NCBI GenBank assembly: GCA_004022145.1
Contig: RCNU01000001.1
DNA length: 64,000 nucleotides
Source: Paecilomyces variotii
Taxonomy: Eukaryota
Strand: one strand, 5' to 3'
The notes beneath the pieces were generated by a model. The model was not told where the DNA came from. It made no database searches and saw only the letters and a program-made list of their open reading frames with translations. Shown here piece after piece: positions 1-13,801 of this stretch (its first letter is position 1; each line of letters opens with the position of its first letter). Made by a program: the position numbers and the translations under genes.

Positions 1-3000
1 GGCTGAAAGTCCCAGTAATTCGCGTTTTTGGCGCGACGGAGACAGGTCAGAAGGTCTGCGCTCATATCCATGGCGCGTTTCCATATCTCTATGTCGAATA
101 CGACGGGAGCCTGGAACCGGATGAAGGTTGGTAAAGTTTCTTCTATACTGGATCGATATAGCTAAAGTGCCGCGCAGTAAACTCAGCTATTCGTACCCTT
201 CACGTTTCAATCGACCATGCCTTGGCGGTCAGCTACCAGCGGAATGCCTACGACGGCAAGACGGCGTATGTTGCTCATGTCTCGCTCGTGAAAGGGACGC
301 CCTTCTATGGGTATTACGTGGGATACAGGTTCTATTTCAAAATCTATCTGTTAAACCCATTCCACATAACACGACTTGCGGATCTCTTGCGACAAGGCGC
401 TGTAATGAAACGCCAATTACAACCATATGAAAGCCACCTCCAATACATACCGCAATGGATGTGTGACTACAACTTGTACGGGTGTGCAGATATGAATTGT
501 AGAAAAGTCAAATTCCGAGCGCCAGTTCCTGAGTATCTCGAGCTCAATGACCTTTCGCACCAATGGCATAATCGGTCTATACCAGGGGACCTTATTTCAG
601 ATGACTCGATCCTGCCGAAACAGAGCCATTGTCCCTTGGAAGTCGATATCTGCGTCCAGGATATCGTTAATCGATTGGAGATCAAAGAAAGACCGTTGCA
701 CCACGATTTCATAGAGAGGCTGCAACCATTGGCTTCTGATTTGAAACTGGTCCCCAGCATGGCAGGGCTATGGCAGGATGAAACTCGCAGGCGTAAAAAG
801 AGAATGGGCCTGACAGACCCGGAAAGCACACCGTTCGGTCCGGAAGAGCTGGTTTCTATGTCTGCAGATTCAAGAAACCAAGAAAAAGGTGGCTGGATTC
901 ATGAAGATGATTACCGCCAGAAAGTCCTTGAGATTGCTGCCGAGGAAAAGCGTGACGGTGGCGACGATGGTTTATCATTTGATAACTTCGTCTCGAGGAA
1001 ACCGTTTGAAAGTGAAATCCAGACCGTCTTACAGAGCGTGGAAGAATTGTTTCCTCAGCAGTTCCAGCAGTCCACTTTGCAAAGGACAGGAACTCAGCAT
1101 GCAGGAGAGATACCGACTGCAGAAATCCAGGTGGACGAGGATACTGTCTTGTCATTCAGAGACGGAGACAATTTTTTCTATTCCGATGACGAGTATTCCG
1201 ACCAACCGTACCTTGTTGCTGAGGAAAGTGACCAGGCTTCACCAGATCCCCTCAACTGCAACCCCGAAGTTGGAGGTGAAGCCGCTGAACAACTCTACGA
1301 AGCCAGCTCCGAAGTCAACATTCGAACTCTAAATGATTCTATCTACAATAACTGCGCGGGGGACCCTTTCTTGCCATCTGCAGATCTTCACAAAGCTGAA
1401 GAAACATGCAGAAATGCCCTGATTGAGTCGGATGCTTCGGGCGATGCAACTGATAACACCCGACGGTCTTTGAAGCGTGCCCAAGAGGAATCAGTCGCCC
1501 ATGAACCTGCACGGAAAAGACACCGACGTCTGGGCTATTCTGCGGAAAATCCAGACACCAAAACCCGTGCTCGAAGTGATACACTCGACATTTCTACTGA
1601 GAGCCCGAACTCTGTCAACGGAGGAGTGAGGGAACCCACCTTCAGCGGCAGGACAGGAACGCCAAGTGGTACGCCGTCTTCTCCGTCAAAGCCATCATCC
1701 TCGCAAAAGACTCTACGAGCTCTTGGGGAAGGTCAAAACCAGCGCATTCAATTTCCTGTAGTCAAAGATCCGAACGATCCTGCGACGATACTGCGGTTTA
1801 GCCAGCGAAGTGCTTGCTCAAAGCTTACTCTGGACTCGTCTCAGAAGATTACACAACTCTCGCACGAACAAGAGGAGACCTCAAGTCCGTCAAAACAATA
1901 CCAGCCCCCTTCATCGCAATCCCACTCCTTCTCTAGTCTATCCACGTCAACATGGATCGACCCTCATATCGTTGCTGTATGCTCGACGATGCATCATGCC
2001 TTCAACATTCCATCAAGCCGACGTATTCTTTGTTACTATACTTCAGGCCCTACCCCTAGTGAGGTTTGTTCCACCATGAACGATGATGGGCATCCGTCTG
2101 TCGTATACCAGAAAGCATACTATAGTGACGAAAGCGATGTTCCTGAGCGCCAACGTGAATATGCCGGTCGCGAATTCCGCTTGGAAAGTGATACCCTGCA
2201 GTATTTGCCTGAGTTCGATCCTACTGGAAGATCAGCAGCCATGTTTGGAGAGCGAGCTCCCGTTACCGTCGATCGCATGTTGCAAGAACAGCAAGATCAG
2301 AGGCTTCGGGAAGCTTCATCTTGCAGGGTCTGGGAATTTGCACCTGTGCCGCCTACCCGGGCTGAAGTTGTCGAATGGTTCGAGGAAACCATGAAGAAGA
2401 ACGAAAACATGGACCTTCCTCCCCCCGAAACGAAACTAAATGTATTGTCTCAGATCGAGGGAGCCACCCAACAAAACGCACATGGTTTCAAGTACTCTCA
2501 AAAGCAGGAGTCGACGAGTGTAGAACACCAAGTGCACTACATGAGCGTAATGAGTCTCGAAGTTCATGTGAATACCCGTGGTTCATTAGCTCCAAATCCG
2601 GAAGAAGACGAGATCTCGTGTGTTTTCTGGTGTCTCAAGTCTGACGATCAAGACCTCGATGTCAACACGCAGTTGGAGAATGTGCACGTCGGAATTCTCG
2701 CTCAAGGGGAGGATGAAAGATTAGCTCAGAAGCTGTCTAAAGCTCTGACAATCGAAGTCGCACAGGAGAATACAGAATTGGATTTAATCACTAGATTGGT
2801 TGATATTGTGAGGCTTCATGACCCAGATATCATTACTGGTTACGAAGTGCACAATAGCTCTTGGGGCTATTTGATCCAGCGTGCTCGATGCAAGTATGAC
2901 TATGATCTATGTGACGAGTTATCGCGCGTGAAGTCACAGGCGCACGGAAGATTCGGCAAAGAAAACGACCTCTGGGGCTTCAACACCTCTTCCAGCATTA

Positions 3001-5060
3001 GAATAACAGGTCGACACATGATCAATATCGGACGGGCCATGAGAAGTGAGCTGAACTTGCTTCAGTATACTATCGAGAACGTTACATTCCACCTGCTGCA
3101 CAGGAGAATCCCGCACTATCCATTTAAGGATTTGACTGCTTGGTATAAAAGCGGAAAACCCCGTGATCTTATGAAGATCATCGACTATTTCGTTTCCAGG
3201 GTACAGATAAACATTGAGATTTTAGATGCAAACGAGCTTATCCCGCGGATCAGCGAACAAGCGAGACTTCTAGGTATCGACTTCTTCTCGGTGATTAGTC
3301 GAGGTTCCCAATTCAAGGTTGAATCATTGATGTTTCGAATCGCAAAGCCCGAGAACCTTATGCTGGTATCCCCAAGCAAAAAGCAAGTTGGCCAACAGAA
3401 CGCGCTTGAGTGTATACCTCTTGTTATGGAGCCTCAGAGCGACTTCTACACCAGTCCTCTTCTGGTCTTAGACTTTCAGTCCTTGTATCCAAGTGTCGTG
3501 ATAGCATACAATTATTGCTATTCGACTTTCCTGGGAAGGGCGGTCAACTGGAGAGGTCGGAATAAAATGGGATTCACGGACTACAAGAGGCAACCGCGTA
3601 TTCTGGAGCTCCTCAAGGACGACATTAATATTGCGCCAAATGGAATGATATACGCGAAGCCTGAAATACGCAAGTCGCTCCTGGCTAAAATGCTCACTGA
3701 GATTCTGGAGACTCGAGTGATGGTTAAGAGTGGAATGAAAGTTGACAAAGAGGACAAGACATTGCAACGCCTGCTGAATAACAGACAGCTCGCTTTGAAA
3801 TTGATTGCCAACGTGACCTATGGTTATACATCAGCGTCATTTTCGGGGAGAATGCCATGTTCTGAAATCGCAGACAGCATCGTACAAACTGGGCGGGAGA
3901 CGCTTGAAAAAGCAATCGCGCTGATACACTCTGTCGAACGGTGGGGTGCTGAGGTTGTCTATGGTGACACAGACAGTTTGTTTGTCTACCTTAAAGGACG
4001 TTCGCGCGAGCAAGCATTTGACATCGGAGAAGAGATCGCCAAAACCGTGACCGAAATGAACCCTCGGCCAATCAAGCTCAAGTTCGAGAAAGTCTACCAT
4101 CCGTGTGTTCTCCTGGCAAAGAAGCGCTATGTCGGGTTCAAATATGAACGCAGAGACCAGGTCGAGCCGGAATTCGATGCCAAAGGCATAGAGACAGTAC
4201 GGCGGGACGGTACTCCAGCAGAGCAAAAAATCGAGGAAAAGGCTCTCAAAATCTTGTTTAAAACAGCAGACTTGAGCCAGGTAAAGAGATACTTTCAAAA
4301 TCAGTGCGCAAAGATCATGCAGGGTCGTGTTTCCATCCAAGACTTTTGCTTCGCCAGAGAGGTCCGTCTCGGGACATACAGCGAAAAAGGCTTACCTCCT
4401 CCAGGAGCTCTGATCAGTGTCAAACGCATGCTCCAAGATCCACGTCTGGAACCCCAGTACGGAGAACGCGTGCCGTACGTGGTCATCACTGGAGCCCCAG
4501 GATCTAGACTCATCGACCGTTGCGTAGCACCAGAAGTGCTCCTTCACGATGCGCAACTGGAGCTAGACGCTGAATATTATATCACTAAAAACATCATTCC
4601 ACCATTGGAACGAATCTTCAATCTCGTCGGTGCAAATGTCCGGCAATGGTATGACGAGATGCCCAAATTCCAACGCATGCGCCGTGTCGAAGGCACGGCC
4701 GCCAAGGACTCAAAAAAGACACTCGAATCCTACATGAGATCTTCAGCTTGTGTTTTATGCAGAGAGAAACTCGACAACACAGACCTCCCTGTATGCAGCG
4801 CCTGTCTAGCTCAGCCCCATATTTCCCTTCTGCGATTGAGATCACGTCTTCAGCGCGCCGAGAAGCGTACTATCGACCTACACAGAATCTGTCGCTCGTG
4901 CATGGGTGTTCCTTTCGGAGACGATGTCACATGCGATAGCAAAGACTGTCCAGTTTTCTATTCGAGGGTCAGGCATGTGGCGAATTGGAATAATAAGACC
5001 GCGGTATTAGAGCCGGTAGCGAAACTCCTTGAAGAGAGAGGTAACGAATTAGATTGGTAG
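1..5060 (+). CDS. REV3: DNA polymerase zeta catalytic subunit (family B), 5'-partial; intron 127-177
   Basis: Family-B motifs LDFQSLYPS, KLIANVTYGY and YGDTDS; C-terminal CysA/CysB (CVLC..CSAC, CRSC..CDSKDC); coding sequence KVPVIRVFGATETGQKVCAHIHGAFPY runs off the left edge; intron GTTGGT..CGCAG. Confidence 0.97.
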
Positions 5061-5716
5061 GGCATGGAAGGGACGAATATTATTATGAGTTACGTTCTGT
5101 CCGGTATTGATGAAGCCTTTGACGAACATGCATCATTAGACGGTTTGGATGGGATGGCAGGCGTCAAGGAAAGAGGCATTTTCCCTGGGAGAAAACGGAG
5201 CTCCTGTCTAATCATAGTATGCGTTGTTAAAGGTCGAGGGGGTTTGGGCTACAATCGACGAACTTATCTGCAATACCTAGAGCAAATATCCGCATTGTTA
5301 GTCGCTATTGATTGAGATTCTCTAGATATCACCGGAATTGTTGTTAATATGCAAAGTACGATACTTTACTGTAACCATGTGCTCTTACTCTTTCAAAACT
5401 GCGTTATACCTATTGTACAAAGTTAATTCAGCTCTGGAAGATTCAAGTCTACATAGAATGGACATATGAAAATTGATGGCTAATTCTCAAGTCGCTGCGA
5501 CCAACGCCGGCCCTTCAATAAGATTCTACTTTGCATCCATGTTTATTCAAGCGTGATGTTGTAATCACATCTAATACCTGCCCCATTAGAATTGCTGCAA
5601 TTGACTTCTATGGACGAGTTAACTAATCCCTTGTCTGCAAGGGGACAGGAAGAAAGCCCTAGGTCACAAAGAGAGAAAAACTAATAAAAGATAGTGTCAA
5701 GCGTTTGAAATCCGCC

Positions 5717-8700
5717 TCAGTTATCCACCGACCCATTTAGAAGCTGGTTGAGAATATCCAATGGGCTCGGTTTCACATCACCATCTTGTTCAACAATGTC
5801 GAAGACTTCCTCCACATTGTCTTCTTCCATAGTGCTATTGGCCGATTCGTGCACCGACAGCTGTCCAATTGAGTTCTCGTTCACGTCATGGTACGCGGGA
5901 TGACTTTCGTCAAGTGATTTCTTCTCAGGTTTATCGTCGAGATCGAGCAAGTCGAAGTCGGCTTCAAGGCACACAGGCGCAGTAGACGCAGAAGAAATGA
6001 ACCTCGCGTGGGACGACTCCGACAGGCCGAAGTCAAGCAGGTCGTCCAGTGAGTCGATACTACTGCTATTCTCTGTCATATCTTGACGCGCGGAGTGAAC
6101 GTCGTGTGTAATGTTGTTCGAGAACGGATCATGCTGGAATAATTCCAAGAGCTGACCTGAAGGCTGAATACCCTGCACAGTTTCAACATCGGTCCGTATG
6201 CTGTCATCAATTAGAATTCCAGTAGCGCGACCACGATATTTCTGGGATACAGGCCCTTTCCCATGGATGTCGTGCTCGCGGTTGATAGTTTGCTCATAAT
6301 CACCCATTGCAATCTTACCCAAGATGGTTGAAAGTACCCATGGGAAGCTGATAAAGGGAAGCTTATTCAGTTCTGGAACTTCTCGGTGAAATTGCAATCC
6401 ATCGTGCACATCCTTCTCACGATATTTATTCAACGCAGTGACCATATCATCGTGTGTAACTTTATACATTGCTACTGCTAAGGGGCTTAGCAGCTCGAAT
6501 GTCCGTCCGCCAACCTTTTCGTAGCATGCGTTTCGGAAACGTTCTCGGAGAGAAGAAGACAATGCACCTAGCTCTTCGTGGAATTTGTAGTCTTTACTCA
6601 TGTTCGCATGACTGAGAACAAAAGTGGACCACACCTCGAATTCAGTTTTGATTTCGTGTTGCGCCATAATTCTGCGCATGGATGCATCGTATTCATCTTT
6701 AAGGTCTTTGGCGAACTGTTTGAGATCGTCGCTAGGCTCAATATCACAGTCAAGGATCCGTTGGTCAAAGGACATTTCCAGATGAGGAACGAAATTGACC
6801 CGATCAACATTGTCGTAGAGTTGACCGAGGATCTTCCTGGAGGTATAGATCTTCTCCTTCGGCTGATGCTTCTTCTCCATAAAGTGAGGCCACATTTTCG
6901 GTGTCAGATTACGAGTCATCCTAGCGGGCGCTCCAGTTTTGTTGTAATCTACGGCATCTGAGTGCAACTGCGCGAGACGTATGCACTTCTCTTCGTTCAC
7001 ACCTCCCTCAAGGCGATCTGCAAAGGCAAGATGAGCTTGTGCGATACGTGGCAGATGATCGTTCTTCATGTATGTGACGAAGAACGAAGTGATATCATTA
7101 ACGGTGACATCACGATCCAAATCATCAGCTTTGGTGGCTGTATAATCCATAGGTGCACGAAACCAATCCTCTGGAAGTAGATCTGGATCCCAGATCACGA
7201 GATAGTCGTCACCATCTAAATCACCGCCAGAGCACATACTTGATATATCGCGGTCTCCAGTCTGCGGCATGACAATGACGTCCCTGTGCTCTCTCAATTG
7301 GGGCACGTTGACAGCTTTGACAACACGAATATCGCCGGGGTGAAGTGAGGGATTGCGGGCAAGGATACATGGTCCCTCTATGACTTGATAGCTCCCACCT
7401 TGGTCTGGACGCGATACCTGTACAAATATTTCAGGAAGTGCAGCTAGCTTCTCTTCGTATGAAGCATCTTTGTCTGGCATATCCTTCTCAAAGTGGCCTT
7501 TCAGAATACCGAGATCATCCATGCATCCAAACAAGCAGGCTCCCTTATCGATCGCAATTTTCGCTTTTTCTTTGAGATATTTGATCTGCCAGGCACGCCA
7601 CAACTCAAGAAGTGACATGACGAAAGGTTCCTTAGCCTGCTGGAAACCGTCTTCAACCATCTTACCGACGACCAAACTCATCTGATTCGGATCGACATAT
7701 TTCTGTAGTAGGCGAATGGCGTGGGACTCGCTAGTCATAGCTTCATCAAGGCTTCCAAGCATGGCACGCATCTTTTCAAGAAAGACTTGATCTTGTATTC
7801 CAAGTGTTGATAGAACGATAATCAATTGACGGTTCAAAGTAGCCATACAGAACTGAGACCAGCGAATGATCTCCAAGCCGTTATGGATGGCAGCGAATTT
7901 GTATTGGCTCTTGCGAATGTGGATTTCCTGTCTCTGCGCTTCTGGGGAGACGGTCAAGATACCCTTACAGCCTCCGAGGCGGAATTGGAATACCGAAGGA
8001 GGGTCCCCAGAAGGGGTCTTTATTTTCAACTCGGTCTTTGCCATCTCAGCAAGGAATTTGGATATCCGGCCGACTCCGTCAGAGAAAGTATATCCATTCC
8101 GGACGATGTCTTCAATCTCGCATACTTGAACGGAACAACCCGTCACAGCCCGAGTTGTGGAGAAGCATTGTCCCAGCCTGGCAGCGTGCTTGGCGATATT
8201 TCTGATGTTGCCGAAACTACCCATCCAAGCACGGATATTCGAGGCTGTTAAGTTGGGCAAAGGAGCGAAGAAGTAAGCACCATGTTCACGAAACTGTGAA
8301 TTGCCAAATGCAAGGAATTCGTAGTGCCGATCACCTATAGTGATGCCGTTCGCCATCGTTCTCTTGATCCTGGTAAACACCTCGTCCATCGTGTTATTCT
8401 CCGTAGAGTTGATCCTTCCTTGCAGTTTCTCATCCGTGAATCGGACCCGGAGGAATCGATCGGCATGTTCAATATAGTGACGTATAACACGATTTGTGAT
8501 ATCGACAGAGGGAGTGTTGTAGTAGACCGTGCTAGGGGTCACCTTGGCAGAGCGCATGTAACAGCAGTAGGAAGGGAGCCTAGTTTTCGTAACACCTTTC
8601 ACAAACTTTATATTGAATATTTCCATCGGGTCATGATACACTATTTTCTCTGTCGACACATGCTCCAGTAGTCGTCTCGCCTTAGCCTCGTCCATAGCTG

Positions 8701-10281
8701 CAAGTTTGTCGATGAACTCCTTCTTGGCTCTGAATTCGCTGATGTAGCCGTGAGAAAGGCAGACTTCCAACTGGTATCTCACCGAAAAAGGAAGAGGGAC
8801 ATAGTCATCTTCGACCAAGTATTCTAACGAAGATGACTGCTTTGATTGACGGTTATCAGGCGGATCGATCCATTTCCATATGCGGACGATTGCTGCTGTC
8901 TCGGGACGCTGAAGAGAAAAGTTACTGTCGGACTCGATAATAACATTGAAATCTCTTAGCATATCGCAGAGCATTGTGAACTGGCCCTTGTCATCGACAT
9001 CTCTGGGATACGTGATCCGGAACGTGGTCCATTTACCTAAACAGTACAAATAAGCCATGGCAGTCAGCATCCACCCGGATCCGTACTTACCGATATCGAT
9101 CAATGGCTTTGCTTTGCGCAGACAGACTGGAAGAGGCGCCAATTCTTCTGGGGTACGGACAATGTCTGTCTGGCGGTACCATGTATCGGCATCCCTCCAA
9201 CTGTTATCAGCGTCCACAAATGATGATCCAATGTTTCTAATCTTGCGGTGGTAGACAGGCGGAGTGTCAAGGGTGAAGGCATGGGATATGGGATCTGAAG
9301 GGGAATCTTGGATCTGAGAGATGCGAGTCAACTGCGAAAAAGGGATTTTGAGACGATAGTCATGAAGGCGCCCGTTCGAAAGGTCCTTCTGACGTGCGTT
9401 GAATATCGGTAGCTGGAAGCTGACAGTTATAGCACGTCTCCTGACATCCACAATGAGACTGGCATGCTCCTGAGAACCAGCTCCAACGGTCCGCATGGGT
9501 AACATCTTATCATTATCCCACAATACACCGATGTCCATCGTATGAATTGGCAGATTCTGGAAAACGAACAATATTAGTCAAATAATATCAAGTAGGACGG
9601 AGGAGCAGAACCTACGATCTCGGCCGGATAGGAGACATCAGGTCTCACTGGGCTTGGATTCTCACTGTTCTTGCGTTCTGTGTCCAGATGGACATATATG
9701 GTTGCCAGCCGTCCGCCAGAAAGCGTGATAGTATACGTGCCTTTTCTCCAGAAGTCTGAGTGCGGAGGTGGTCTGTTCCATGTCAGTTTTCCTTGATAGT
9801 GAAGATGAAATGAGGTGAAGACAAACTTGAAACGGATCTTTCCGCGGTGTTCTCGTCGACCGCGAGCATCCTCAAAGAGGTCAATTGAAAAGATATGGCC
9901 TTCATTTTTGAAGGCCTGCCAGAGGACAAACGTATTGGCCTCAGGTGGGACGTTTGAGAGGCTCACAGCGAGGGTTTCCCACGACTTCCAAGGAGCACGG
10001 ATCAATGCTAGGGGCATCATTTGGGGCTGTGGTGACGGAACAGCCACCGGTATATGAGCAGCAGCCTGAGATGCACCGCGTTGTGGAGGCATCTGCGTGC
10101 CTGGGTTCAGACGTGGCGGTGGCAGGAGGGAGTTACCACCCCTGCCACCGGTGCCTTGAACCCGGCCAACCCCCATACTGGGTCCTGGTGCTAGATTTAT
10201 GTGAGTCAGTGGTGATGGGAAGATGAAAGGCGAGGCTGTTGGCTGTGGACGAGGTCTTGAGTCTTTCCTGCGAGGAGGCAT
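5717..10281 (-). CDS. sad-1: Cellular RNA-dependent RNA polymerase, SAD-1/RrpB-type; about 3 introns near the 5' end
   Basis: Catalytic GGDLDGDDY; conserved FGNSQFREHGAYF, ARLGQCFS, FSDGVG, FQFRLGGCKG, RNPSLHPGD; ORFs 9574-10335 and 5717-9571 joined by GT-AG introns; probable ATG at 10281 (MPPRRK). The SAD-1 (rather than QDE-1) clade is inferred from the N-terminal RRM-like region, not from a tree. Confidence 0.93.
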
Positions 10282-11099
10282 GCTGAGAGGAGTAGTCTGA
10301 AAGGGCAGGATGATATTGATAGAGTAGAAGATCAAGTTTGGACCCGTGAATGAGAGGAGTGGGAGTGAAGTAAGGCAGGATGAGTGAGGTTAAAATCTGG
10401 AAGAAGACAAGAAACAGAACACAAGGTGGAGGAGACAGGTGTTGCCACGTGAGGTCTTCCTTTTGTTGATAGCATCAAATTGGAGCAGATGACATCCTGA
10501 TGCTGATAAACGTTGTGCAGATTCGATTCTTCGATGAAGATGGGAGATCGACTCTGCCTAGAGCCTACAAAGGAGCAAGTCTGTCTGATGTCCTCACCTG
10601 CTTGAGTGAGAGGAGGAGAAGGTGTCCTAGAAAGGACCTCCTGCCTCTTCAGTTCTTGTCTGTCTAGCGCCTTCCGCACGCGCTCCTCGCGCATGCGCCT
10701 GTTGCGATGGTCTCCACGACCACGACTTCCTCGCTGGCGAGGGCGTCTCTGTTCTTGAGTGCCACTCGCGGTGCTCTAGTAATATAGCACATGGATGATC
10801 AGTAAAAGTGAGATGCTATAGCAGTGCTCCTTCTTGGAAGACGAATCTTGTTAGGAGATGAGCAGCAGCGCCGCGAAGACGGACAAACAGAAAGACTTAA
10901 TCAAATAGAAGAGACTGCGTCATGTTCCATGCTATGTAAAGCTTTCAAGGCCTCCGTTTGCATTGCATGTCCCCTGTTACACGAGAAGGGCATTGGCGAT
11001 GCATAACAGCTGCAGCCCTACTGCAGCTATCCAGATAGACGTGACAAGTCGGGTATAACAAATAGACACCACAACGTAAGAAGCCTGCACATGGATAAG

Positions 11100-11560
11100 A
11101 CTTACTTGGTCGGCATCCATGTCTGCTGTTTATCAGACTTGGGATAGTATATTGTCAGGACCATCAGGTCTAGAAAAAAGCAAAGAATATTAGCAGGGGT
11201 GCTGAGCTCTGTCTCTCATGTAAAGCAGCAACCCTCTGTGTATATACCGACAAGCAAGCGATCGATATAAATCAACTGGTTTTTGCACAGTTCTCAGTTA
11301 TAATTGAACACATAGAGTAGTCTCGGGATACCCCAACAAATCTGTAATCACAAGGTTGTAGGAGCCAGCGTATATGCATGAAGGGAGTTTTTCAGTGCGG
11401 AAGAATACACACGTGATGCTGAACAGTCTTTGTTTAAGGTACTTTGGACAGATGGCGCAGTCGGTAAAACATGGCAATATCGTGATCTAGTTATCGATTT
11501 CTTTCTGAATTTCTTTGACAATGGTAGACGTCCCTCTCCGTTATATGCTGTGAGATAATA
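11100..11560 (-). pseudogene. Possible protein-kinase relic
   Basis: Minus-strand reading YNLVITDLLG...RYIHR, then an intron-like 3' end (GCTAAT..TTTTTTCTAG), then D-L and a frameshifted PDNIL; in-frame stops present. Confidence 0.25.
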
Positions 11561-12341
11561 ATGCTAAGACCAGGCACATACTAAGAAACAGAAACACCGA
11601 ACCATCCAGGGTAGCTCTTGCTGTACACTCCTTTATCTTGTCCTTGATATTGCTGACTAGAAGAGAATAGTTATTGCAGGACTCGACGGATACCGTACCC
11701 AGAGAGCGAAACAGATATGGGAATATATGCACAATTAGAACACAAATCCTTCCATCGGTAAAAGCCAGACGCTCTAGTAGCTTCCTCGCGGGCAGGAGAT
11801 CTTCGAGTAAAACCAACATATCGCAATGCATGGAGGGAGATATGGACACAGTATGCGCTATAATTCACATACAGAACGACTGGAGATTCATAGTGACCAA
11901 ATTAGATTCGACTGAAAAGTTGGAAGAAGCCAAGCTGCACATCGGTGTCGATCTCAGGGGTTGCGGGAGAAGCTCTAAGGACTCGCTGCAATATCTCCGC
12001 ATCGAAAATCTATGAATAGCGAAAAGGGAAAAGATCAAATGGTAAAAGACTGAGCGTCTCGAGACCAAGTGGAATCAATATTCACAATATCTTCTGGGAA
12101 TAAATGCCAAAAAGGCGAGTCCTTTCATCAAGGGAAATAATACAAATATGCGGGACTCGAAGTTTAGTATGAGAACATAGAAAAGAAAAAGTAAAAAGAC
12201 AAAAGGGAAAGAAGAGAATGAAATCAAAAAGCATAACCGAGTAACGCCGTCATCTGCAGAATATTTGCAATGTAAAACATTCCTTCCATCATCTCATCTC
12301 ATAAGCCGTTAAATAAGAGTATCCACTCTCGATCGTCACTG

Positions 12342-13801
12342 TTATGCTGCTGCCCCTTGCTGGATGAGCAACTGTCGTATATCATCGTCGTGAGCCATGC
12401 TAAGTGGTGTCTTTCCTGTATCCGACACAGCATTAACATCAGCGCCGTAGGAGAGCAGAAGCTTGACAACATCACTGTGGCCATTGTTAACAGCCCAGTG
12501 CAGCGCTGTCCATTTGTACCAAGTTCTCAGTGAGGGGTTTGCTCCCTGCTCTAGCATCTGCTTCACATCACCGCTATGTCCGCCTGCGGCGGCTTTATAG
12601 AGCGGAAATTCGCCCCTAGAATCGAGCACATTCAGCTTGCTGGCCGAGGAGATTGACAGGGTCTCATCTGGAGTGTAAACCCTACCGGTTAATACTATAT
12701 TCGAGATTTTCCCCTCGAGCTGATGGATCTTGTCTTCAAGAGTCTTTTTGTCGGCGCTGAACCGGTGCTGAAGCCGGGTGATCTCGGAGGTGGTCTCATC
12801 GTGATTTCTCTCCAGATCCACCCTGAGATGGTTGACCGTTGTCTGGGCATTCTCAAGTGCCTCTACCATTGACTGCTTTTCCGAGGAAAATTCTTCCTGC
12901 TGTCGCTGAAGGTCTTCTTGAAGGGTGCTGATGGTGATTTGAGCTTGTTTCAGTTCATCGTCAATAGCTTGTCTCGCTGCCCCTGTTGTCTCTATTTCTT
13001 GGGCGTGTGACGTCAAGGCAGTTCGAAGCTTGGACCTCAACTCGATGAGTTCGTTCTCCTTACTCGTGATAATGGCGATCAGATCTTGGAGAGACATCTT
13101 GGCGAGCTGGTCGTTGCCGATGCGAGCTGAAATGGTCGTTGTGGCGATAAGCTCCCGAGCGATTGCAACATAGTTGCTTTCTTCTCCGCTCGACTCGTGA
13201 CTCTGACGCACGTTTGATGCTTCCAATGGCGATGCATAACCGTAAGCTTCTTTGAGGTCGTTCTCGGTGCGCTCCCCTTCTTCGCTTGCTTGATTGCGGT
13301 CCCACTGTGTGGTCACGATCATGACATTGTCCTGGCCCGGCCTTTGGAGTTTTGTAAACAAAGCTTGGTTTCTGGAGGCCTGTTCCTTGACATTTGTGTC
13401 TGTGATGTCGTGAAAATAGACGATGCCATCCACAGCACCCTTCGAGCCGGTGTAGTCCTTGAGGATGGTAGTCTTGACAGCATCTAGGAACTCTTTATCC
13501 GTCACCGAGAGAGAGGGGCAGTCCACAAGCCAGATATTTCTGTTTGCAAGGACCCCCTTGAAGATAGAAGCCTTGGCTCCATTCTGTGTATTTTGGTCAC
13601 GAACGAGGTCGGTACCGGTAACTTCTTTGATGAAAAGGTCTCGCTCTGGTCCTTCGAATCCCAAAAGGGCAAGGATGACAGGGGCCGATGAAGGAGATTT
13701 ATCGGGCGTTGTCCTATAATCATTGGGACGTGTTAGATCTTGATATGATAGAAATATTCGTTTTGTACGGACAGTAAGCACACTTACAGTATATTCCCCA
13801 T
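12342..13801 (-). CDS. Degenerate P-loop GTPase-like domain + coiled coil + ankyrin repeats; predicted N-terminus MGNILT; intron 13714-13787
   Basis: ILALLGFEGPERD (G1 position), IWLVDCPSL (G3), GIVYFHDITD and IVTTQWD (G4) follow the order seen in fungal AIG1/MMR_HSR1-like GTPases; heptad-rich middle; ankyrin repeats GEFPLYKAA, WTALHWAV, GKTPLSMA; intron GTAAGT..CTAAC..TAG joins ATG GGG AAT ATA CT|G ACA in frame. Confidence 0.85.
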
